Shown: piece by piece, positions 53,870 to 64,000 of the stretch
Layout: each line of letters opens with the position of its first letter
Numbering within the stretch: the stretch's first letter is position 1
Source of the DNA: Eledone cirrhosa
Taxonomy: Eukaryota
Assembly: GCA_964016885.1 (NCBI GenBank)
Contig: OZ024741.1
Coordinates: 256,990,001 to 257,054,000, forward strand
Direction: 5' to 3'
Length of the DNA: 64,000 nucleotides
Notes under the pieces: model-generated
What the model was told of the DNA's origin: nothing
What the model saw: only the letters and a program-made list of their open reading frames with translations
Databases searched by the model: none
Made by a program: the position numbers and the translations under genes

Positions 53870-56197
53870 GTTTCGCTTTACGAGTGTTTCGACTTACGAG
53901 TGTTTCGACTTACGAGTGTTTCGGCTTACGAGTGTTTTGACTTACGAGTGTTTTGACTTACATGTGTTTCGACTTACGCGTGTTTCGACTTACGAGTGTT
54001 TCGACTTGCGAGTGTTTCGACTACGGGTGTTTCGACTTACGAATGTTTTGGCTTACGGATGTTTTGACTTACGGGTGTTTCGGCTTACGAGTGTTTCGAC
54101 TTACGAGTGTTCTGACTTACGAGTGTTCTGACTTACGAGTGTTCTGACTTACGAGTGTTCCGACTTACGAGTGTTTCGACTTAAGAGTGTTTCGGATTAC
54201 GAGTGCTTCGACTTACGAGTGTTTCGGCTTACGAGTGTTTCGACTTACTAATGTTTTTACTTACGAGTGTTTCGGCGTACGAGTGTTTCGACTTACGAGT
54301 GTTTCGACTTACGGGTGTTTTGACTTACGGGTGTTTCGGCTTACGAGTGTTTCGACTTACGAGTGTTTTGACTTAAGGGTGTTTCGACTTACGAGTATTT
54401 TTGGCTTACGAGTGTTTCGACTTACGAGTGTTTTGACTTACGAGTGTTCTAATTTACGGATGTTTCGACATACGAGTGTTTTGACTTACGAGTGTTTCGA
54501 CTTATGAGTGTTTCGACTTACGAGTGTTTCGGCTTACGAGTGGTTTGACTTACGAGTGTTCTGACTACGAGTGTTTTGACTTACGAGTGTTTCGGCTTAT
54601 GAGTGTTTCGACTTACGAGTGTTTCGGTTTACGAGTGTTTCGACTTACGAGTGTTTCGACTTACGAGTGTTTCGACTTACGAGTGATTCGACCACGAGTA
54701 TTTCGACTTACGAGTGTTTCGGCTTACGAGTGTTTCGACATACGGGTGTTTCGACTTACGATGTTTCGGCTTAGGAGTGTTTCGACTTACGAGTGTTCTG
54801 ACTTACGGGTGTTTCGACTTACTGGTGTTTCGACTTAAGAGTGTTTCGACTTACGAGCGCTTCGACTTACGAGTGTTCTGACTTACGAGTGTTCCGACTT
54901 ACGAGTGTTTCGGCTTACGAGTGTTTCGGCTTACTAATGTTTTTACTTACGAGTGTTTCGGTGTACGAGTGTTTCGACTTAAGGATGTTTCGACTTACGA
55001 GTGTTTCGACTTACGAGTGTTTCGACTTACGAGTGTTTCGACTTACGAGTTTTTTGGCTTACGAAGGTTTTGACTTACGGGTGTTTCGACTTACGGGTGT
55101 TTCGGCTTACGAGTGTTTCGACTTACGAGTGTTTTGACTTACGAGTGTTCTGACTTACGAGTGTTCCGACTTACGAGTTCCGACTTACGAGTGTTTCGGC
55201 TTAAGAGTGTTTCGGCTTACGAATGTTTCGGCTTACGAGTGTTTTGACTTACGAGTGTTCTGACTACGAGTGTTCTGACTTACGGGTGTTCTGACTTACG
55301 AGTGTTCCGACTTACGAGAGTTTCGGCTAATGAGTGTTTCGACTTACGGACGTTTCGACTTACGGGTGTTTCGACTTACGAGTGTTTTGACTTACGAGTG
55401 TTCTGACTTACGAGTGTTCTGACTTACGAGTGTTCCGACTTACGACTGTTTCGACTTACGAGTGTTTTGACTTACGAGTGTTCCGACTTACGATTGTTTC
55501 GGCTTACGGGTGTTTCGACGTACGAGTATTTTTGGCTTACGAGTGTTTCGACTTACGAGTGTTTTGAATTACGATTGTTTCGGCTTACGAGTGTTTCGAC
55601 TTACGAGTATTTCGACTTACGAGTTTTTTTACTTACGGTGTTTCGGCTTACGAGTGTTTCGACTTATGAGTGTTTCGACTTACGAGTGTTCTGACTTACG
55701 AGTGTTCTGACTTGCGAGTGTTCCGACTTACGAGTGTTTCGGCTTACGAGTGTTTCGACATACGAGTGTTTTGACTTACGGATGTTTCGACTTACGGGTG
55801 TTTCGACTTACGAGTGTTTCGACTTACGAGTGTTCTGACTGCGAGTGTTCTGACTTACGGGTGTTTCGACTTACGTGTGTTTCGACTTACGAGTGTTCCG
55901 ACCTACGAGGTTTTCAGCTTACGGGTGTTCCGGCTTATGAGTATTTTCGGCTTACGTGTGTTTCGACTTACGAGTGTTTTGACTTACGATTGTTTCGGCT
56001 TACGAGTGTTTCGACTTACGAGTGTTTCGACTTACGAGTGTTTTGACTTACGGGTGTATTGACATACGAGTGTTTCGACTTACGAGTGTTCTGACTTAAG
56101 AGTGTTCTGACTTACGAGTGTTCTGACTTACGAGTGTTCTGACTTACGAGTGTTCTGACTTACGAGTGTTCTGACTTACGAGTGTTTCGACTTACGA

Positions 56198-56266
56198 AAA
56201 TAACAAATAGACGCGGTTTCAAATCTCTATGCTTTTCAAGTTCATTACATTAATCTTTATTTATAC
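56198..56266. repeat. AT-rich island, subtype B
   Basis: Same sequence as the 3374 copy. Confidence 0.97.
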
Positions 56267-59200
56267 GTTTCGCTTTACGAATGTTTCGACTTACGAGTGT
56301 TTCGACTTACGAGTGTTTCCACTTACGAGTGTTCTGACTTACGAGTGTTCTGACTTACGAGTGTTCCGACTTACGAGTGTTTCGATTTACGAGTGTTTTG
56401 GCTTACGAGTGTTTTGACTTAAGGGTGTTTCGACTTACGAGTGTTTCGATACGAGTGTTTCGACTTACGAGTGTTTCGGCATACGAGTGTTTCGACTTAC
56501 GAGTGTTTCGACTTACGAGTGTTCTGATTTACGGATGTTTCGACATACGAGTGTTTCGACTTACGATTGTTTCGACTTACGAGTGTTTTGACATACGGGT
56601 GTTTTGACATACGAGTGTTTCGATACGAGTGTTTCGACTTACGAGTGTTCTGACTTACGAGTGTTCTGACTTACGAGTGTTCTGACTTACGAGTGTTCTG
56701 ACTTACGAGTGTTCCGACTTACGAGTGTTCCGACTTACGAGTGTTCTGACTTACGAGTGTTCTGACTTACGAGTGTTCCGGCTTACGAGTTTTTCGACTT
56801 ACGAGTGTTTCGACTTACGAGTGTTTCGGCTTACAAGTGTTTCGGCTTACGAGTGGTTTGACTTACGAGTGTTCTGACTACGAGTGTTCTGTCTTACGAG
56901 TGTTTCGACTTACGAGTGTTTCGGCTTATGAGTGTTTCGACTTACGAGTGTTTCGGCTTACGAGTGTTTCGACTTACGAGTGTTTCGACTTACGGGTGTT
57001 TCGACTTACGAGTGTTTCGACTACGAATGTTTCGACTTACGAGTGTTTCGGCTTACGAGTGTTTCGACTTATGGGTGTTTCGACTTACGAGTGTTTTTAC
57101 TTACGGTGTTTCGGCTTACGAGTGTTTCGACATACGAGTGTTTTGACTTACGGGTGTTTCGACTTACGAGTGTTTCGACTTACGAATGTTTTGACTTACG
57201 GGTGTTTCGGCTTACGAGTGTTTCGATTTATGAGTGTTTCGGCTTACGAGTGTTTCGACTTACTAATGTTTTTACTTACGAGTGTTTCGGCGTACGAGAG
57301 TTTTGACTTACGAGTGTTTCTACTTACGAGTGTTTCGACTTACGAGTGTTTTGACTTACGAATGTTTTGACTTACGGGTGTTTCGGCTTACGAGTGTTTC
57401 GACTTACGAGTCTTTCGGCTTACGAGTGTTTCTACTTACTAATGTTTTTACTTACGAGTGTTTCGGCGTACGAGTGTTTCGACTTACGAGTGTTTCGACT
57501 TACGGGTGTTTTGACTTACGGGTGTTTCGGCTTACGAGTGTTTCGACTTACGAGTGTTTTGACTTAAGGGTGTTTCGACTTACGAGTATTTTTGGCTTAC
57601 GAGTGTTTCGACTTACGAGTGTTTTGACTTACGAGTGTTCTAATTTACGGATGTTTCGACATACGAGTGTTTTGACTTACGAGTGTTTCGACTTATGAGT
57701 GTTTCGACTTACGAGTGTTTCGGCTTACGAGTGGTTTGACTTACGAGTGTTCTGACTACGAGTGTTTTGACTTACGAGTTTTTCGGCTTATGAGTGTTTC
57801 GACTTACGAGTGTTTCGGCTTATGAGTGTTTCGACTTACGTGTGTTTCGGTTTACGAGTGTTTCGACTTACGAGTGTTTCGACTTACGGGTGTTTCGACT
57901 TACGAGTGTTTCGACTACGAGTGTTTCGACTTACGAGTGTTTCGGCTTATGAGTGTTTCGACATACGGGTGTTTCGACTTACGATGTTTCGGCTTACGAG
58001 TGTTTCGACTTACGAGTATTCTGACTTACGGGTGTTTCGACTTACGGGTGTTTCGACTTAAGAGTGTTTCGACTTACGAGCGCTTCGACTTACGAGTGTT
58101 CTGACTTACGAGTGTTCCGACTTACGAGTGTTTCGGCTTACGAGTGTTTCGACTTACGAGTGTTCCGGCTTACGCGTGTTTCGACTTACGAGTGTTTCGG
58201 CTTATGAGTGTTTCGACTTACGAGTGCTTCGGCTTACGAGTGTTTCGACTTACGAGTGTTTCGGCTTACGAGAGTTTCGACTTACGAATGTTTTGGCTTA
58301 CGAGTGTTTCGGCTTACGAGTGTTTCGACTTACGGGTGTTTCGACTTACGGGTGTTCCGACTTAAGAGTGATTGGACTTACGGGCGCTTCGACTTACGAG
58401 TGTTCCGACTTACGAGTGTTCCGGCTTACGAGTGTTTCGGCTTACGAGTATTTCGACTTACGAGTGTTCCGGCTTACGCGTGTTTCGACTTACGAGTGTT
58501 TCGGCTTATGAGTGTTTCGACTTACGAGTGCTTCGGCTTACGAGTGTTTCGACTTACGAGTGTTTCGGCTTACGAGAGTTTCGACTTACGAATGTTTTGA
58601 CTTACGAGTGTTTCGGCTTACGAGTGTTTCGGCTTACGAGTGTTTCGGCTTACGAGTGTTTCGGCTTACGAGTGTTTTGACTTACGAGTGTTCTGACTAC
58701 GAGTGTTCTGACTTACGGGTGTTCTGACTTACGAGTGTTCCGACTTACGAGTGTTTCGGCTAATGAGTGTTTCGACTTACGGGCGTTTCGACTTACGGGT
58801 GTTTCGACTTACGAGTGTTTTGACTTATGAGTGTTCAGACTTACGAGTGTTCTGACTTACGAGTGTTCCGACTTACGACTGTTTCGACTTACGAGTGTTT
58901 TGACTTACGAGTGTTCCGACTTACGATTGTTTCGGATTACGGGTGTTTCGACGTACGAGTATTTTTGGCTTACGAGTGTTTCGACTTACGAGTGTTTTGA
59001 ATTACGATTGTTTCGGCTTACGAGTGTTTCGACTTACGAGTATTTCGACGTACGAGTTTTTTTTCCTTACGGTGTTTCGGCTTACGAGTGTTTCGACTTA
59101 TGAGTGTTTCGACTTACGAGTGTTCTGACTTACGAGTGTTCTGACTTGCGAGTGTTCCGACTTACGAGTGTTTCGGCTTACGAGTGTTTCGACATACGAG

Positions 59201-59567
59201 TGTTTTGACTTACGGATGTTTCGACTTACGGGTGTTTCGACTTACGAGTGTTTCGACTTACGAGTGTTCTGACTACGAGTGTTCTGACTTACGGGTGTTT
59301 CGACTTACGAGTGTTCCGACCTACGAGGGTTTCAGCTTACGGGTGTTCCGGCTTATGAGTATTTTCGGCTTACGTGTGTTTCGACTTACGAGTGTTTTGA
59401 CTTACGATTGTTTCGGCTTACGAGTGTTTCGACTTACGAGTGTTTCGACTTACGAGTGTTTTGACTTACGATTGTTTCGGCTTACGAGTGTTTCGACTTA
59501 CGAGTGTTCTGACTTACGAGTGTTCTGACTTACGAGTGTTCTGACTTACGAGTGTTTCGACTTACGA

Positions 59568-59636
59568 AAATAACAAATAGACGCGGTTTCAAATCTGTAT
59601 GCTTTTCAAGTTCATTACATTAATCTTTATTTATAC
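59568..59636. repeat. AT-rich island, subtype C
   Basis: Same sequence as the 13455 copy. Confidence 0.97.
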
Positions 59637-61562
59637 GTTTCGCTTTACGAATGTTTCGACTTACGAGTGTTTCGACTTACGAGTGTTTCGACTTACGGGT
59701 GTTTCGACTTACGAGTGTTTCGACATACGAGTGTTCTGACTACGAGTGTTCTGACTTACGGGTGCTCTGACTTACGAGTGTTTCGACTTACGAGTGTTTC
59801 GACTTACGAGTGTTTCGACTTACGAGTGTTTCGGCTTACGAGTGTTTCGACTTACTAATGTTTTTACTTACGAGTGTTTCGGTGTACGAGTGTTTCGACT
59901 TAAGGATGTTTCGACTTACGAGTGTTTCGACTTACGAGTGTTTTGGCTTACGTGAGTTTCGACTTAAGAGTGTTCTGATTTACGAGTGTTCTGACTTGCG
60001 GGTGTTCTGATTTACGAGTGTTCCGACTTACGAGTGTTTCGGCTTATGAGTGTTTCGACTTACGAGTGTTTCGGCTTACGAGTGTTTCGACTTATGGGCG
60101 TTTCGACTTACGAGTGTTTTTACTTACGGTGTTTCGGCTTACGAGTGCTTCGACATACGAGTGTTTTGACTTACGTGTGTTTCGACTTACGAGTGTTTTG
60201 ACTTACGAATGTTTTGACTTACGAGTGTTTCGGCGTACGAGAGTTTTGACTTACGAGTGTTTCTACTTACGAGTGTTTCGACTTACGAGTGTTTTGACTT
60301 ACGAATGTTTTGACTTACGGGTGTTTCGGCTTACGAGTGTTTCGACTTACGAGTCTTTCGGCTTACGAGTGTTTCGACTTACTAATGTTTTTACTTACGA
60401 GTGTTTCGGCGTACGAGTGTTTCGACTTACGAGTGTTTCGGCTTACGAGTGTTTCGACTTACTAATGTTTTTACTTACGAGTGTTTCGGCGTACGAGTGT
60501 TTCGACTTACGAGTGTTTTTACTTAAGGGTGTTTCGACTTACGTGTATTTTTGGCTTACGAGTGTTTCGACTTACGAGTGTTTTGACTTACGAGTGTTCT
60601 GATTTACGGATGTTTCGACATACGAGTGTTTTGACTTACGATGTTTCGACTTACGAGTGTTTCGACTTACGAGTGTTTCGACTTACGGGTGTTTCGACTT
60701 ACGAGTGTTTCAACTTACGAGTGTTTCGACTTACGAATGTTTCGACTTACGGGTGTTTCGGCTTACGAGTGTTTCGACTTACGAGTGTTCTGACTTACGA
60801 GTGTTCTGACTTACGAGTGTTCCGGCTTACGAGTTTTTCGACTTACGAGTGTTTCGACTTACGAGTGTTTCGACTTACGAGTGTTTCGGCTTACGAGTGG
60901 TTTGACTTACGAGTGTTCTGACTACGAGTGTTCTGACTTACGAATGTTTCGGCTTATGAGTGTTTCGACTTACGAGTGTTTCGGTTTATGAGTGTTTCGA
61001 CTTACGAGTGTTTCGGCTTACGAGTGTTTGGACTTACGAGTGTTTCGACTTACGGGTGTTTCGACTTACGAGTGTTTCGTCTACGAGTGTTTCGGCTTAC
61101 GAGTGTTTCGACATACGGGTGATTCGACTTACGGTGTTTCGGCTTACGAGTGTTTCGACTTACGAGTGTTCTGACTTACGAGTGTTCTGACTTATGAGTG
61201 TTCTGACTTACGAGTGTTCCGACTTACGAGTGTTTCGGCTTACGAGTGTTTCGACTTACGAGTGTTTCGACTTACGAGTGTTTCGACTTATGAGTGTTTT
61301 GACTTACGGTGTTTCGGCTTACGAGTGTTTCGACTTACGAGTGTTTTGACTTACTGGTGTTTTGACATACGAGTGTTTCGATACGAGTGTTTCGACTTAC
61401 GAGTGTTCTGACTTACGAGTGTTCTGACTTACGAGTGTTCTGACTTACGAGTGTTCTAACTTAAGAGTGTTCTGACTTACGAGTGTTCTGACTTACGAGT
61501 GTTCCGACTTACGAGTGTTTCGGCTCACGAGTGTTTCGGCTTACGAGTGTTTCGACTTACGA

Positions 61563-61631
61563 AAATAACAAATAGACGCGGTTTCAAATCTCTATGCTTT
61601 TCAAATTCAGTACATTAATCTTTATTCATAC
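61563..61631. repeat. AT-rich island, subtype A'
   Basis: Same sequence as the 53801 copy. Confidence 0.97.
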
Positions 61632-64000
61632 GTTTCGCTTTACGAGTGTTTCGACTTACGAGTGTTTCGACTTACGAGTGTTTCGGCTTACGAGTGTTTT
61701 GACTTACGAGTGTTTTGACTTACATGTGTTTCGACTTACGCGTGTTTCGACTTACGAGTGTTTCGACTTGCGAGTGTTTCGACTACGGGTGTTTCGACTT
61801 ACGAATGTTTTGGCTTACGGATGTTTTGACTTACGGGTGTTTCGGCTTACGAGTGTTTCGACTTACGAGTGTTCTGACTTACGAGTGTTCTGACTTACGA
61901 GTGTTCTGACTTACGAGTGTTCCGACTTACGAGTGTTTCGACTTAAGAGTGTTTCGGATTACGAGTGCTTCGACTTACGAGTGTTTCGGCTTACGAGTGT
62001 TTCGACTTACTAATGTTTTTACTTACGAGTGTTTCGGCGTACGAGTGTTTCGACTTACGAGTGTTTCGACTTACGGGTGTTTTGACTTACGGGTGTTTCG
62101 GCTTACGAGTGTTTCGACTTATGGGTGTTTCGACTTACGAGTGTTTTTACTTACGGTGTTTCGGCTTACGAGTGTTTCGACATACGAGTGTTTTGACTTA
62201 CGGGTGTTTCGACTTACGAGTGTTTCGACTTACGAATGTTATGACTTACGGGTGTTTCGGCTTACGAGTGTTTCGATTTATGAGTGTTTCGGCTTACGAG
62301 TGTTTCGACTTACTAATGTTTTTACTTACGAGTGTTTCGGCGTACGAGAGTTTTGACTTACGAGTGTTTCTACTTACGAGTGTTTCGACTTACGAGTGTT
62401 TTGACTTACGAATGTTTTGACTTACGGGTGTTTCGGCTTACGAGTGTTTCGACTTACGAGTCTTTCGGCTTACGAGTGTTTCTACTTACTAATGTTTTTA
62501 CTTACGAGTGTTTCGGCGTACGAGTGTTTCGACTTACGAGTGTTTCGACTTACGGGTGTTTTGACTTACGGGTGTTTCGGCTTACGAGTGTTTCGACTTA
62601 CGAGTGTTTTGACTTAAGGGTGTTTCGACTTACGAGTATTTTTGGCTTACGAGTGTTTCGACTTACGAGTGTTTTGACTTACGAGTGTTCTAATTTACGG
62701 ATGTTTCGACATACGAGTGTTTTGACTTACGAGTGTTTCGACTTATGAGTGTTTCGACTTACGAGTGTTTCGGCTTACGAGTGGTTTGACTTACGAGTGT
62801 TCTGACTACGAGTGTTTTGACTTACGAGTTTTTCGGCTTATGAGTGTTTCGACTTACGAGTGTTTCGGCTTATGAGTGTTTCGACTTACGTGTGTTTCGG
62901 TTTACGAGTGTTTCGACTTACGAGTGTTTCGACTTACGGGTGTTTCGACTTACGAGTGTTTCGACTACGAGTGTTTCGACTTACGAGTGTTTCGGCTTAT
63001 GAGTGTTTCGACATACGGGTGTTTCGACTTACGATGTTTCGGCTTACGAGTGTTTCGACTTACGAGTATTCTGACTTACGGGTGTTTCGACTTACGGGTG
63101 TTTCGACTTAAGAGTGTTTCGACTTACGAGCGCTTCGACTTACGAGTGTTCTGACTTACGAGTGTTCCGACTTACGAGTGTTTCGGCTTACGAGTGTTTC
63201 GACTTACGAGTGTTCCGGCTTACGCGTGTTTCGACTTACGAGTGTTTCGGCTTATGAGTGTTTCGACTTACGAGTGCTTCGGCTTACGAGTGTTTCGACT
63301 TACGAGTGTTTCGGCTTACGAGAGTTTCGACTTACGAATGTTTTGGCTTACGAGTGTTTCGGCTTACGAGTGTTTCGACTTACGGGTGTTTCGACTTACG
63401 GGTGTTCCGACTTAAGAGTGATTCGACTTACGAGCGCTTCGACTTACGAGTGTTCCGACTTACGAGTGTTTCTGCTTACGAGTGTTTCGACTTACGAGTG
63501 TTTCGGCTTACAAGTGTTTCGGCTTACGAGTGGTTTGACTTACGAGTGTTCTGACTACGAGTGTTCTGTCTTACGAGTGTTTCGACTTACGAGTGTTTCG
63601 GCTTATGAGTGTTTCGACTCACGAGTGTTTCGGCTTAAGAGTGTTTCGACTTACGAGTGTTTCGACTTACGGGTGTTTCGACTTACGAGTGTTTCGACTA
63701 CGAATGTTTCGACTTACGAGTGTTTCGGCTTACGAGTGTTTCGACTTATGGGTGTTTCGACTTACGAGTGTTTTTACTTACGGTGTTTCGGCTTACGAGT
63801 GTTTCGACATACGAGTGTTTTGACTTACGGGTGTTTCGACTTACGAGTGTTTCGACTTACGAATGTTTTGACTTACGGGTGTTTCGGCTTACGATTGTTT
63901 CGATTTATGAGTGTTTCGGCTTACGAGTGTTTCCACTTACTAATGTTTTTACTTACGAGTGTTTCGGCGTACGAGAGTTTTGACTTACGAGTGTTTCTAC
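61563..64000 (+). repeat. HOR unit 6 (partial) with a 2,712-bp deletion removing the B island
   Basis: The offset to unit 5 switches from +7,762 to +5,050 at ~62095-62121. Confidence 0.9.

Larger units (their letters stand above)
53801..61562 (+). repeat. HOR unit 5, 7,762 bp (A'-B-C)
   Basis: Spacings are 2397/3370/1995. It carries one copy of the 1,627-bp block. Landmarks recur at +7,762 (51069->58831, 52256->60018). Confidence 0.94.
1..64000 (+). repeat. Tandem satellite array of a 16-bp monomer, consensus GACTTACGAGTGTTTC (~4,000 copies, head-to-tail, running off both window ends)
   Basis: Monomer is readable throughout. Common variants are TTTCGGC, TTTTGAC, TTCTGAC, TTCCGAC, TTACGGG and TTATGAG, with occasional 14-, 15- and 17-bp monomers. 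No inverted monomers were seen. Confidence 0.99.

Noticed and set aside
8-63983. Hundreds of + strand ORFs encoding (RVFRLTSVSTYECFDL)n
   Set aside because: The 16-bp consensus has no stop codon on the + strand, so all three frames give the same 16-aa cycle. The minus strand has TAA in nearly every monomer, which explains the absence of minus ORFs. ORFs overlap in all frames and are broken at random by TGA variants and 14/15/17-bp monomers.
1-64000. CRISPR array
   Set aside because: The repeats abut with no unique spacers, the islands are near-identical to each other, and there are no cas genes or leader.
1-64000. Telomerase-made telomeric repeat (long yeast-type unit)
   Set aside because: There is no G-run-rich strand. 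Variant patterns are copied in multi-kb blocks with embedded islands, which indicates recombination or replication-based amplification rather than templated addition.
1-64000. Canonical CENP-B boxes
   Set aside because: The spacing is TTCG-N4-A-CGGG rather than TTCG-N4-A-N2-CGGG, so it is kept only as a resemblance under findings.

Overview
The whole 64 kb window is one head-to-tail satellite array of a CpG-rich 16-bp monomer (consensus GACTTACGAGTGTTTC, about 4,000 copies, all on one strand). I see no credible genes, RNA genes or CRISPR array; the listed ORFs are artefacts of a monomer with no + strand stop codon. The only non-monomer sequence is a ~69-bp AT-rich island present 19 times in three subtypes (A, B, C). 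Islands and rare monomer variants reveal large higher-order repeats (HORs) of 14,489, 14,489, 14,457, 9,405 and 7,762 bp plus a partial sixth. These contain nested duplications (3,095, 1,627, 304 and 207 bp), a duplication junction with a templated patch, and recombination-type deletions. The array looks like an actively evolving eukaryotic, possibly centromeric or pericentromeric, satellite and may derive from a pogo/Tigger-like element. Organism, function and origin cannot be established from the sequence alone.
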